A program made the translations under genes and the position numbers. From a virus (taxonomy: Duplodnaviria; Caudoviricetes): a DNA stretch of 64,000 bases. Below, in pieces: positions 29,697-40,198 of this stretch. The DNA is taken from positions 1-64,000 of IMG/VR virus record IMGVR_UViG_3300020049_007105; one strand, written 5' to 3'. Below the pieces are notes generated by a model. The model saw only the letters and a program-made list of their open reading frames with translations. It ran no database searches and was not told where the DNA came from. Numbering within the stretch: position 1 is the stretch's first letter; each line of letters begins with the position of its first letter.

Positions 29697-30175
29697 TATT
29701 TCTGGGACTCGATTGCTTCTGCGAGAACCAGGTGTGCCCACCAGGCAACTGAAGCTGCATCAGCCAAGTCGTCGGGCCATTCAAGAAGCTCTGGCCAGCG
29801 TCCTCGCACCAACTTTACTGCGCCAGCCTTAGTCTGATTCTTCCAAGGCTTACGGTGCTGAGTGGCTTTCACACTGTGAGCGTCCAGCCCAAGTTGGTGA
29901 CAGGCCAGGAAAGCAGTCCCCCAAGCTCCACCTAATTTATTAGCTACTGCTGTGTTTCGAGCATGTGACGGGTCTTCAATTGCAGCGGTGTGGATTTCGA
30001 TTCCTTCGGCTATTTCTAGAATACCGGTAAGGATGAGATTGTAGCGTTCTCCGAGGGCTTGCTTGGAGTTAGTCTTGACGACTTTGATCTCTCGAATGCC
30101 TTCCCCTTCAAGCAGAACAATGCCTGTTGAGGTGAGAGATGGATCAATGCCGAGTGAGGTGATTTGATTGCTCAT
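29696..30175 (-). CDS. ruvC: RuvC-like Holliday junction resolvase
   Basis: LGIDPSLTSTG, AAIE and DDLADA acidic motifs. Confidence 0.8.
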   Translation of the reverse strand: MSNQITSLGIDPSLTSTGIVLLEGEGIREIKVVKTNSKQALGERYNLILTGILEIAEGIEIHTAAIEDPSHARNTAVANKLGGAWGTAFLACHQLGLDAHSVKATQHRKPWKNQTKAGAVKLVRGRWPELLEWPDDLADAASVAWWAHLVLAEAIESQK

Positions 30176-30291
30176 GGTCTCAATGATATCACTGACTGGC
30201 GATATTAGCAAATGGATTTGTTTTTTATCACTGGATGGTGTATACTGTATAAACAGACCCCGTGACTCGATAGTTTGATGGATGGAGAAAT

Positions 30292-30957
30292 ATGGCCGCT
30301 AGTTGGGATGACTTCCTGAGCAAGGGGGTTGACGCTGAACCGGATGAAGATTTCTTGGAGCTTGCTTTCGAGGCTGTGCTGCCTTCTGGTGCAGTTATGA
30401 AGGTTGCTACTGAGGCTGAGAAGGTAGAGCTTGAGAAGCTGTCTACCGAAATTATGAATCAGCATAAGTTTAGCAACCCTCTGGACTTGGAGGATGTTGA
30501 CAACATTGTACGGCTCGGTGTCCTGGCCAAGAAGTATCAGGAGTTGTTGTTGAACCCGCCGCTGGACGAGGGGTTCTCTGAGGATCGCACTCAGAAGCGG
30601 TTGAGTGACTGCATTGACACTTCTTCAAAGCTCAAGAAGGCTTTGGGGATTGATCGTGTAACGAGGGAGTCTGGGCGGAACGAGGACTTGGGGACTTATA
30701 TTGACAAGCTTCTCAGCAGGGCTCAAGAGTTCGGGATTAGGCGCAATGAGGAGGCTGCGGCAGCAATTGAATGGCTTCAGGATGTTATTGCTAAGGCGCA
30801 GGTTTGGAATAACGCTACGCCAGACGAGCGCAATGTTTTGAATGTCAACGGCGATGATATCTTGCTTTACATTCTTGAAACTGTGGAGCCCGCCTTTAAA
30901 GAGATTGACGACACATTTCGTAAAGAGAAGCAGCGCTTCTGGATTGAGGATCAGTGA
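30292..30957 (+). CDS. putative terminase small subunit
   Basis: Position upstream of terL; helical, with LKKALGIDRVTR. Confidence 0.45.
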   Translation: MAASWDDFLSKGVDAEPDEDFLELAFEAVLPSGAVMKVATEAEKVELEKLSTEIMNQHKFSNPLDLEDVDNIVRLGVLAKKYQELLLNPPLDEGFSEDRTQKRLSDCIDTSSKLKKALGIDRVTRESGRNEDLGTYIDKLLSRAQEFGIRRNEEAAAAIEWLQDVIAKAQVWNNATPDERNVLNVNGDDILLYILETVEPAFKEIDDTFRKEKQRFWIEDQ

Positions 30958-31100
30958 ACGCTTTGACGCACGACGAGAAGAAGATGAAAGCCGTGGAGTT
31001 CTTGGAGGACGAGATGCTTGCTGGGGCTTTCATTAAGCTCGCACAGGAGGCTGCCAGCTTCAGGGTCCCACTGGACTTCTTGGTGGGAAGGCTCTGGTAA
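30954..31100 (+). CDS. 48-aa hypothetical protein (not in the ORF track)
   Basis: GTG overlaps the upstream TGA, GAGG RBS, and the ORF fills the gap to terL. Confidence 0.5.
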   Translation: MNALTHDEKKMKAVEFLEDEMLAGAFIKLAQEAASFRVPLDFLVGRLW

Positions 31101-31104
31101 GACA

Positions 31105-33192
31105 ATGATTGAGCGTCCTACTGAAGAAGAAGCTTGTTTGGTAGCAATCCTCCAAGACCACTCTGGGCTTGATCAGGCTGAGTTCATGTGGGTGGATAGG
31201 TCCGACATGGAGACTGGTGCTGACGCCTGTTGGCGTGCATGGCCCTTCCAGTACAGCTGGTGGCGCTGTAAGGACCCTAAGCAGATCGAGCAGGGGGCTC
31301 GGTGCTTGGCTGAGGGCACGCCTGTAATGTACCGTACAGGCCCCACAGAGCCGTGGCAGTGGAGCCCGATCGAGGACATTGAGCCTGGCGCTTGGGTGCT
31401 CACCCATACTGGCAACTCTAAACAGGTCATTGCTGTTCACGATAACGGTGTCGAACCGACTGTGAGCGTAAGTCTGTTTAATGGTATTCGCATCCGATGC
31501 ACCCCTACCCACAAGTTCTACACGAAGGATGGGGCAGAGGTTGGCTGGAAAGACCCATTGAACTGGGACCGCCATACGAAGGTTCGGGTGTATATTAACG
31601 GTGAGTGGTCCTGGGAGAATGTTCGGACAATTGCCGAAACCCCTGACTCTTGCCGGGTTTATGACCTAGAGGTCGAGGATGACCATAGCTATGTCGCCAG
31701 TGGGATTGTGGTTCACAACTCTATTGGCAAGTCGCTGGGGATTAAGGCACGAGCCACGGCTTTTCCTTTCTGCTACCCAGGTCAGGAGATGGTTCTTACT
31801 GCACCAGAAAACAAGCATCTTTTGACGATTACTGACTCGATTGAAACTGCGTATAGTTCAAGCAAGATTCTTTCGTCCATGCTTAAGTCTGGAGTTCAGG
31901 GGATTACCCACCGGCCGTTCAAGATGAACTTCAAGAATGGTGCTCGTATTCTCGGTGCGACTCCGAACACTGACGGCTCTGGTGTGAAGGGTTTGCACCC
32001 TATCGTTCTGGAGCAGGATGAGGCTTCTGACTACCCCCATAGGGGCTGGATTGAGCTTATCGAGACTGTTAAGCAGACCAGTGGCAGGAGCGAATGGCGG
32101 GCACACGGCGTAACCAGGGGTGTTCAGGATAGATTCTGGAGCTACACTCAGCCCGACTCGGGTTGGAAGGTTCACCACATTTCAGCAATTCACCGCCCCA
32201 CTTGGACGGACGAAGAGCGTCAGTCAAAGATCAGGGACTATGGCGGTGGTGCTAGTGACCCTGAGTATTTGAGAAACGTGATGGGTCTTCACGGTAACGC
32301 TGTGAACCCTATCTTCATTAAGTCTCGTCTAGCGGAGTGCTTTAACTTCGACATGGACTCCAAGCACAACAAGGACGAGTACCAACACTATACGATTACG
32401 AGTGAGATGATCGAGGATGCTGGTGGTATCGACTTGTTTCTTGACCTGCCCTACTCACACAAGAAGTACAAGAATGTGTGGATCGGAATGGACGTTGGCT
32501 ACACTGAGGACCCAACTGAGATTTTGTGCTTCGCTGAGGTTCTAAAGGCAGGTAAGGTCACCCTGAAGTTGGTTAGCCGGTTCTCTCTTCAGAGGAATAC
32601 GGTTAACGATCAGAGTACTGCCATGATGTACCTGTTAGACTTCTATGACACGAAGGCTTTCGGTATGGACGGTACTGGTAACGGCCTGCCGCTGTATCAG
32701 AGTGTCATCCATACGGCCAGCACGGACCCTTACTACAGGGCTCAGGGCTATCAGCATATGATCCAGAGCTACAACTTCTCTCAGAAGATCATGATCGGCT
32801 ATAAGGATACTGCCCTTGAAGTGGAGTCTGAGAATCCGCTGGCTGACGACTTGAAGGACGTTGAGTACGACGAAGAAATCTTTAGGCCGGTTCTTGAGTA
32901 TAGCACAGATGTGCTCAGATACCTGGTGGACAACACGCTGCTCCAGATGCCCGGTGACAATGATGTCTACAACCACTTCCAGGCCCAGACCTACATGATC
33001 CGCAAGGCTAAGACTGATGAGTATGGCCGTTCAAGAAAGTTCTCTAGCGGTTCTTATCACACTCTGGACGCAGCGAGAATGGCAGCGCTGGCTTGGAGGC
33101 AGGCCAAGATTGCTGAGATTGAAGAGGCTCGTCGCCGTGGCAAGGAGCACGCCTTTGTCCCGGTACTATCCAGAATGACAACCCAGTTCTAA
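31105..33192 (+). CDS. terL: terminase large subunit, intein-containing
   Basis: Spliced Walker A GAR/SIGKS, Walker B LEQDEA, nuclease IGMDVG...DPT, MDGTGNG, HTLDA. Confidence 0.88.
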   Translation: MIERPTEEEACLVAILQDHSGLDQAEFMWVDRSDMETGADACWRAWPFQYSWWRCKDPKQIEQGARCLAEGTPVMYRTGPTEPWQWSPIEDIEPGAWVLTHTGNSKQVIAVHDNGVEPTVSVSLFNGIRIRCTPTHKFYTKDGAEVGWKDPLNWDRHTKVRVYINGEWSWENVRTIAETPDSCRVYDLEVEDDHSYVASGIVVHNSIGKSLGIKARATAFPFCYPGQEMVLTAPENKHLLTITDSIETAYSSSKILSSMLKSGVQGITHRPFKMNFKNGARILGATPNTDGSGVKGLHPIVLEQDEASDYPHRGWIELIETVKQTSGRSEWRAHGVTRGVQDRFWSYTQPDSGWKVHHISAIHRPTWTDEERQSKIRDYGGGASDPEYLRNVMGLHGNAVNPIFIKSRLAECFNFDMDSKHNKDEYQHYTITSEMIEDAGGIDLFLDLPYSHKKYKNVWIGMDVGYTEDPTEILCFAEVLKAGKVTLKLVSRFSLQRNTVNDQSTAMMYLLDFYDTKAFGMDGTGNGLPLYQSVIHTASTDPYYRAQGYQHMIQSYNFSQKIMIGYKDTALEVESENPLADDLKDVEYDEEIFRPVLEYSTDVLRYLVDNTLLQMPGDNDVYNHFQAQTYMIRKAKTDEYGRSRKFSSGSYHTLDAARMAALAWRQAKIAEIEEARRRGKEHAFVPVLSRMTTQF
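31303..31719 (+). mobile_element. 139-aa mini-intein in the TerL Walker A
   Basis: CLAEGT...CTPTHKFY...VYDLEV..HSYVASGIVVHN followed by Ser+1. Confidence 0.92.
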
Positions 33193-33215
33193 TAACACCT
33201 CAAGGAGATAAGTAA

Positions 33216-33587
33216 ATGCAAATGGTAGTCGAGGAAGCCCCACAGGCTTTCGTCCCTGAAACAGCGGCCATCCGTACACCCTCTAAAAGCGAATACATTG
33301 AAGACTTTGCCAACAACCTGTATACAGAAATTGAGTCGTTCTACAACATCCTGGAGCAGTTGAACAGGATGGATGAAGTCGAAAAGTTCCAGCACATCTC
33401 GGCCATGTCTGCCAGGGCGTCTCACCTGAGGAACCAGCTTACGAGGGCTGGAGCAAAGAAGGATGCGAGGCTTGATTATTGCCGCATCAACTACATCGAC
33501 CCATTCCTGAAGGAGGTGGATCGGCAGTTCAAGGTCCACTCACGGGTTTTCTCTGTTGTCGAGTCTGAGCGAGCAATGTTGGGATAA
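33216..33587 (+). CDS. hypothetical protein
   Basis: AAGGAG RBS; lies between terL and portal. Confidence 0.6.
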   Translation: MQMVVEEAPQAFVPETAAIRTPSKSEYIEDFANNLYTEIESFYNILEQLNRMDEVEKFQHISAMSARASHLRNQLTRAGAKKDARLDYCRINYIDPFLKEVDRQFKVHSRVFSVVESERAMLG

Positions 33588-33627
33588 CTCCCCAAATTCG
33601 ATATCAAAGTAAGACGAAAGGCACCAT

Positions 33628-35250
33628 ATGTCACCCATTTCTCCCAATATCATCAACGAAACTAGTATTTCGAATGAAGATGTCATGGCTGCCCTTCGGG
33701 AGCAGCAACCCCATATCATCGAAAGAATCTCTCACCTGGAGGCTGAGACGGCCTCTACTGGTGCGTATGGTGGTCGGGGTGGCGGTGGTGGGTATACGAC
33801 GTATAGGGACGCCAGCACGAGCTTTAGTCGGCCCGCTGACGGCAAGAGGACTCCCTATCAGAACATGATTCTCGCTCGTGAGGCTGCTGAGAATGATGAC
33901 ATTGTTTCTGGCCTCATGGACTCTACTGAAGCTCTTTCGATTAGGGGGCATAGTGTTGAGCTTCCTGAGTCCCAGGCGGAGGAAAACCTGTGGGTGAAGA
34001 TTCTGGATGATCTGAACCTCACAGGGTCCCTCCAGCAGCAGCGCCGGGACTGGTACCGGTTCAGTCAGGGCTATGTGGGTACATTCTGGGGGCACAAGAC
34101 GTTCACGGTTGATTCCCGTGACAAGAGCGGGGGGCTTAGGAAGAAGACTTACAAGAGGCTGAAGGTTCCCACTGACGTTACCACTTTTGACCCGCTGTCT
34201 ATCTGGCCAATGAACCGGAAGATTTCACTTCGCCACGCCAACGATTTCGCTTACCTCTGTTTCGATCGCAATGAGGCGCTGAGGATCAGGGACGTGCTGG
34301 ATGGTAAGGTTGTTGACAAGTATATCTCCAACTTCATGGTTGAGGAAATCCCGGTTACTATGGTGACCGATGATCCTGAGTCCAAGGGGATTGATACACC
34401 TGAGGCGGTCTTCATTATGAAGAACGTCTATGACTTCTCTTTGACCAAGGACGCCTACAAGCGTTTCGCTGATGTACGTATGGCATCAATCTTTGACCTA
34501 CTTGACCTGAAGTATAACCTGAAAATTAGGGACCGGGCACAACTCATTGGGTCGAGTAATGTGATCATTACGATCAAGAAGGGTTCCGATGAGCACCCGG
34601 CCGTCCAGTCTGAAATTGATCAGCTCGACAGCATGGTCAATCAGGTAGCTAGGCTACCTATCATTGTTTCTGACCATCGCCTTGAGGTGGACATTGCTTC
34701 ATACAAGGACGACAGTACTCTCGCTAGCGAGAAGTACAACAATCTTGATGCTCGTATTACTGGGCGAATGCTGCACTTGTTTGTTGCAGGTAACTATACG
34801 GCTGGGACAAGTAAGGATTCTAGTGCCACCTTCATTCAGGTTGCGGCTAGGACTCTTGAGAGCCACCGGGACCAGTTGATTGATGCGTTCAAGCGCAACA
34901 TCATTAAGAAGACGGTCGAGGCTAATAAGCAGCTTGAGTACGAGCCGACTATTACGGCTGACCCTAAGCGTATTGCTCTGGACTTTGATCCGGCTATGTT
35001 CAAGATGATTCTTGACCTTCGTGACCGTGGTGACATCAGCCGTGAAACCACCTTCAGCTTCATTGATGTGGACCAGGAGGCTGAAGCCAAGAGGCGTCAG
35101 TTGGAGAAGGATGTTTATGATGATGTCTTCACTCCTACCAACGTGCCTTTTGATTCCAAGGACGGAGTTCCGCCTAGCGTGAGCGGGCGGAAAGATGGTG
35201 GAACCAATACCGAGTCTTTTCAAGACAACGGGAATGAAAACACACAATAG
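33628..35250 (+). CDS. portal protein
   Basis: 540 aa, syntenic between terminase and protease; C-terminal LRDRGDISRET helix typical of portals. Confidence 0.7.
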   Translation: MSPISPNIINETSISNEDVMAALREQQPHIIERISHLEAETASTGAYGGRGGGGGYTTYRDASTSFSRPADGKRTPYQNMILAREAAENDDIVSGLMDSTEALSIRGHSVELPESQAEENLWVKILDDLNLTGSLQQQRRDWYRFSQGYVGTFWGHKTFTVDSRDKSGGLRKKTYKRLKVPTDVTTFDPLSIWPMNRKISLRHANDFAYLCFDRNEALRIRDVLDGKVVDKYISNFMVEEIPVTMVTDDPESKGIDTPEAVFIMKNVYDFSLTKDAYKRFADVRMASIFDLLDLKYNLKIRDRAQLIGSSNVIITIKKGSDEHPAVQSEIDQLDSMVNQVARLPIIVSDHRLEVDIASYKDDSTLASEKYNNLDARITGRMLHLFVAGNYTAGTSKDSSATFIQVAARTLESHRDQLIDAFKRNIIKKTVEANKQLEYEPTITADPKRIALDFDPAMFKMILDLRDRGDISRETTFSFIDVDQEAEAKRRQLEKDVYDDVFTPTNVPFDSKDGVPPSVSGRKDGGTNTESFQDNGNENTQ

Positions 35251-35301
35251 TATTAAATACCCTAACTCTGCGATATAGAGTCATAGAAAGGGTATCTAAC
35301 T

Positions 35302-36612
35302 ATGGACGAACCTATGCAGAACGCTAGCCTCACGTTTAAGGCTAGTATTCTTAGGCCCGCTGAAGTTGAAAAAGCCAGCTCTTGGTATCACGACCTCGTT
35401 GGTAGTGTGAACCCGACTTTCACTTGGATTGTCGGTACCTACATTGAAGCTGATGTAGCCAACGAGAATAAGCAGATGTTCCCGATGGTCGAGATCGAGA
35501 AGGCTGCTCACACGCTTCTGAACAGCCCGGTGAACATCAACCACAATAGTGCGCCTATGGGTACTTTTATTGGCTCGCAACTTGTCTTCCCTGAGGACAG
35601 TGGTCTGCCAGCGAAGCTTGAGGTTGTTTCCGCTATTTGGCCCAATGTTGATCCGGTTGCTTACCGTAAGGTGGAGCAGGCCAACGAAGAGGGTTCGCTG
35701 TATTACAGCATGGAGAACCTTCCTCGCTTCGGGAACTTTGTTTACCCAGATGGCGCAAGTGAGATTCTTGAACGTGACCCGTACAAGGCATTTCACGTCT
35801 CCTATCCAGCCCAGTATGAGGCTGCCTCTCAGGTGGAGTTCATTGATGTCACCTTTACTGGTGGCGCACTGATTGTTCCGCCTATCACTCCCGGTCTTTC
35901 TCGTGCCCGTGCGGGTATTGGAACGACCTTTACTGAGGCTGCTTCTGCGATTGTACTCGAAAGTGAAACCATGCCTGAAGATAGTGACGGGACAGTAGTG
36001 AAAGAAACCGCAGAAGATTCCGATATACCTAAAGAATCAACAAATGTCGAAGCTGACGTATTGGATGTAGCTTCTAAAGAAGGAGATAAAGTGCCTGATA
36101 TTACTATGACCGATGTGCCAGACGACGTTCAGACTCAGATCGTTGAGGCGTTCTTGAGCGCCCACGCTGTGGACGAGCAGGCTGAAGCCTTGAAGGCTGA
36201 TATTGCCGCACTTCAGACCAAGCTTGATCAGGCTGAGGCTGCTAAGGCTTCTGCTGAGTCTAAGGTTTCGGATGTTGCTAACTATCTGGAAGCCGTTAAG
36301 ACCGAGGCCGATGAGGCTGCCGCTCTTGAGGCTCGCAAGTCTGACCGAGTTGCTGAGATTGCGAAGCTGGTGACTTTCTCTGACGAGTATGTTACTGAGA
36401 ACGCTGATCGCTGGGCTGCTCAGTCGGAAGATGACTTCGCTGCGACCCTTTCGGTCATTGCTGAAGCTCATGGTACCAAGACCGAGGTTTCGGAGGACGA
36501 TGAGTCTACCGAGTCCGAGAAGGCCGCTCTGCATGTGACCCTGAACACCAGCTCGCCTGGCGCTAAGGACACCTTCCGAGATGCCCTCAAGTCCCACCTC
36601 ATCAACTCATAA
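35302..36612 (+). CDS. prohead protease-scaffold fusion
   Basis: N-terminal N.NKQ.F...PVNINH...YSME protease-like block; acidic Ala-rich coiled-coil C-terminus. Confidence 0.7.
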   Translation: MDEPMQNASLTFKASILRPAEVEKASSWYHDLVGSVNPTFTWIVGTYIEADVANENKQMFPMVEIEKAAHTLLNSPVNINHNSAPMGTFIGSQLVFPEDSGLPAKLEVVSAIWPNVDPVAYRKVEQANEEGSLYYSMENLPRFGNFVYPDGASEILERDPYKAFHVSYPAQYEAASQVEFIDVTFTGGALIVPPITPGLSRARAGIGTTFTEAASAIVLESETMPEDSDGTVVKETAEDSDIPKESTNVEADVLDVASKEGDKVPDITMTDVPDDVQTQIVEAFLSAHAVDEQAEALKADIAALQTKLDQAEAAKASAESKVSDVANYLEAVKTEADEAAALEARKSDRVAEIAKLVTFSDEYVTENADRWAAQSEDDFAATLSVIAEAHGTKTEVSEDDESTESEKAALHVTLNTSSPGAKDTFRDALKSHLINS

Positions 36613-36642
36613 TTAGATAGACCTAGGAAAGGTATAAAGACA

Positions 36643-37152
36643 ATGGCAGATGTTACGCTAAAGAGCGCAGAGTACCGAATCGCCCCCCAGATTGAGAACA
36701 TCGACGGGCGTCACGTTTCGGGCGCTGCATTTCGTCGGCTCGTTCCTGTTAAGGCTAGCACGACTGTGGAGGACGGCTTTGAGCGCTCTTCGGTTGTAGC
36801 GGCTACGGCGGCTACGGGTCCTGTGCGAGGCATGAACGGTCTCGTTGACTACGTGAAGCTTGGCCAGTCCGGCTTCGAGGACTTCCGTGGCGGTTTCGAC
36901 CGTGAAACTATTCCTGCGGGCGTGCCCGTGCAGATGGTTCAGGGTTCCGAGATGAAGGTTGCTTATCGCAACTCGGATGACGTGAAGATGGTTGCTGGAG
37001 TGACCGCTGTTGGCGCACTTGTGACCCCTCAGACTTCCCCCGACGACACTGCTGGCTACTTCGTTGTGACTTCCACTGCGGCTGAAGCCTGGGGTGTCAT
37101 TACCAACATTTCGGCTGACGGCGACATTGAAGTTCGCTTCAGCAACCTCTAA
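36643..37152 (+). CDS. head decoration/cement protein
   Basis: Position between scaffold and capsid, strong AGGAAAGG RBS, beta-rich composition. Confidence 0.55.
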   Translation: MADVTLKSAEYRIAPQIENIDGRHVSGAAFRRLVPVKASTTVEDGFERSSVVAATAATGPVRGMNGLVDYVKLGQSGFEDFRGGFDRETIPAGVPVQMVQGSEMKVAYRNSDDVKMVAGVTAVGALVTPQTSPDDTAGYFVVTSTAAEAWGVITNISADGDIEVRFSNL

Positions 37153-37183
37153 GAGAACCTAATTAGGAAAGGGTAATAAACCT

Positions 37184-38086
37184 ATGTCAGATTACACGCT
37201 AGCAGATATTGAAGCCGCAAAGGCGAAGCTTAACGCCGAGATGCGGGAGCGTTGGGACGATGCGTCGTTCCGCCGTGAATTCGCTGCTGACCTGGCCGAG
37301 AGCATTTGGCTCGGCTATTCGGATCAGTCGCTGGTAGACCTCGTTGCGGACGTTAGCCGAGTTACGCTTGACGCAAAGGTGTACGTTCGTGAGCTGAAGG
37401 GTCTTCGGGCTTTCTGGACCGCCCGTGGTGGTTTCATCGAGCAGAGCGAGCTCAGCCAGGATGAGTACGAACTGGTGCCCGATAGCCTGGGTGTCCGTGT
37501 CCGTGAGCATGAGGAGGCTATTGCGACTCGCATTGCCGAGACCGCTGTGGACCTCAAGACCCAGGGTGTGAAGCAGATTGACCTTGGTGTCAACCAGCGC
37601 TTCCTGAAGATGCTTCAGGCCGCTACGCCTTCGAACGATGCGAACGACAACTACACGTTGGTCGCTGGTGTGACGCTTGATAGCGTCCGTGACGCCCTCA
37701 TGAAGGTGGCTGACGCTACCGAGGGTTCGAAGATTTCCATTATCGGTCGCTCGACCATGGTCCATCAGGTCATGAATGCGGTCCAGGATGGTAGCTTCTT
37801 CACTCCGACGACCAACGAGAACCTGATTCAGCGTGGCCAGATGGGTACCTTTAACGGCGCTCAGCTTATCACGGTGAAGAACGTTCGTGGCGGCGCTCAG
37901 ACTATCCCGAACAACGAGCTGTATGTTGTGGCTGAGGATGCGGCTAAGGTCGCCTTCTTCGGTGACATCAAGGCCAAGGAGCGGGTTGATGACAACTGGT
38001 ACTGGCATTGGGTGACTCGCCTGGATGTTGGTATGCTGCTCCACCACACTGATCGTGTGGAGCGGATTGTTGACTCCAGCCTGTAA
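37184..38086 (+). CDS. major capsid protein
   Basis: 300 aa, strong RBS, biased codons, followed by a terminator; synteny. Confidence 0.75.
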   Translation: MSDYTLADIEAAKAKLNAEMRERWDDASFRREFAADLAESIWLGYSDQSLVDLVADVSRVTLDAKVYVRELKGLRAFWTARGGFIEQSELSQDEYELVPDSLGVRVREHEEAIATRIAETAVDLKTQGVKQIDLGVNQRFLKMLQAATPSNDANDNYTLVAGVTLDSVRDALMKVADATEGSKISIIGRSTMVHQVMNAVQDGSFFTPTTNENLIQRGQMGTFNGAQLITVKNVRGGAQTIPNNELYVVAEDAAKVAFFGDIKAKERVDDNWYWHWVTRLDVGMLLHHTDRVERIVDSSL

Positions 38087-38159
38087 AGGCAGTTCCCCGG
38101 ACCCGCTAACGCCTTAGGGCGTGCGGCCGGGGCAGTAGTACCCTTTCCTTAGGTAGATG

Positions 38160-38187
38160 GTAGCCGGGTCCTTCGGGGCTCGGCTAC
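38160..38187 (+). terminator. head-operon terminator
   Basis: GTAGCCGGGTCC-TTCG-GGGCTCGGCTAC followed by TTCTCGTT. Confidence 0.75.
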
Positions 38188-38229
38188 TTCTCGTTAGGGG
38201 CTTGACTGACCCACGGCAACCTGCTACGC

Positions 38230-40185
38230 TTGGACTCTCAACCACCGAAGGAGAGCCCTATGGCTGGACAGATGATGACCCCGAACCCCGACCTTGCAAG
38301 TCGTCTCGCCAGCGTGAGATATCTGGACGTAGACGCAAATAGGGCAACCGCTCTGGGCCAGTTGGACGCAGCGGAGCGGAAGGTTCTTTTGAGGGCGGCT
38401 AGGGGTGACGGTACCCCTGTGCCTGTGGAGGACGCTTTTGAGCTAATATACTCGTTCGGGGCTACGACTGAGTTTGTAGCGAGAATTGATGACCCAACTT
38501 TGATCGAAGACCTTTTCTCGTGGGTTGAGGAGTGCAAGGGGCCACCGATTGACGAGATCATCATTGCTCTCACCGAAGGGGTCGAGGCTTTAGTGAAAGA
38601 GCACCTTGGTGACCTCCCTGACACTCAGTTGGAGGCGATCTACGATACTTGCTATAATGCTAGCATTAGTAAGGTTCCTACTTCTGCGGATGACACAACG
38701 GCAGTAGTTATGTTTCTTGCCCGCAATGCTCGTTGGAGCCAGCCATGACTCGCCGTATTGTTTCCTGCGTCGAGTCTGACAAGCTGATTGCTGATTCACT
38801 TAGTGTCGTCGGTGGGCACCACAACTACATGAAGGGTAATCCAGATTTTACTGATCCTCGTGGTCGAGCTGAGACCGTAACCATCTGGGAGACTGCTGAT
38901 GGTGAGTGGTTGACGAACACCCTAGATGCTGATGGTTGCACTCATTATGTTGAGCCCGCCCCCCTTAATTTTAGCACTATGTCTGATGCTGAAATTGTAG
39001 GTCATGTTAAAGAGGCTGACATTGAGGGACATATTGAAACTGATTGCCACCCAGAGTATGGGTCCAGCCAACCAGGGCATGTGTATGTCTATGAGGACGG
39101 CACGGTGTCTGGTCAAGATAATGGCAACGCAGATATTCAGGTTTCCGTGTGGGTTAACACCATTGATGAAGACACATCTACTATTGAAGTCACTGATGAC
39201 ATTGAGAGGTTTGTGTGAGTGACATTATCCGAACAGCAGAGGAAGCCTGTAGGGCATACAGTCGGGTGCAGAACCGCAATCCTTATGGGCAGCCTCCGGC
39301 TAGGTCGGAACTGGAGGCCACAATGAAATTGATAAGCCCACTGTTGTCGTTGATCGCTGAGGGACGAGTGGTGGTTGAAATTTTACCTGAGTTCTGTTAT
39401 GATTGTTATGGTGACAAAGTTTCGATCTTCATGAAGGGTACCGATGATGAGTGGTGCGAACACTGTCGCCGTTGCCGTGGCACAGGGTTTGAGCCAGAGG
39501 AGGTTGAATAGTGAAGCCTGAGGCAAGCATCCAAGTACACTTGATGTCACTCAGCGAGGATTTACCCGGCTATGAGTGTTCTGGCGATTGTGGTCGCTTC
39601 GGTGGTGTCGTCCCAGGGTGGAAACTGGGGTCTTCATGGGACTGGGTTCCGTGCCCGATTCATCAAGGGCCAGCCCAAGGAGTTTCGCAGTGAAGCCTGA
39701 GACACGACAAGCATTAGCATTAACAGTGATGGATTCCTTGGACTCTACGGAGCCAACAGGGCACATCAGGAAGTGGCTAGACGGTGACAGCTATGCGGAG
39801 TTCGAGGACAGGGCCGGTCTGTTCTGGGTCAGGCTGTTCGAAGGAAATAGTTACACTGGGTGCAACTATTCTTTTGACTCTGAGGGGGCTTTTCTAGATG
39901 CCTTCCACAGTGCTGTAACAGAGCTTAATGAAACAGGCTATGGCAAGCCCATGAGGACCTAGGCGTATGAAACCACCAAACTGGATGCTGTGCTCGAAAT
40001 GTGGGGTCGGTCACGCTGAGTCCCATGTGTTAGACGCAACCTTCGCTGGACCGCAAACCGTCTACACATGTAGTAATGCGCTCTGTGAGGAGTGCTCGGC
40101 GCTGCCATTTACGCAAGACGATATCAATCGGTCCAGGGGTTGCAGAACTTGCATGGGCTTCTTAAGGCAACGCAATCCAATTTAA
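38230..40185 (+). other. block of six small non-structural ORFs inside the morphogenesis region, several with CxxC motifs
   Basis: Tiled ORFs at 38230, 38733, 39215, 39511, 39690 and 39967; CYDC/CRRC, CSGDC, CSKC/CEEC/CRTC. Confidence 0.55.
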
Positions 40186-40198
40186 CCGAGGAGAGTAA

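Noticed and set aside
37199-38047. 282-aa antisense ORF to the capsid gene (and similar ones opposite the tail, lysin and portal genes)
   Set aside because: Typical mirror frames of strongly codon-biased genes.
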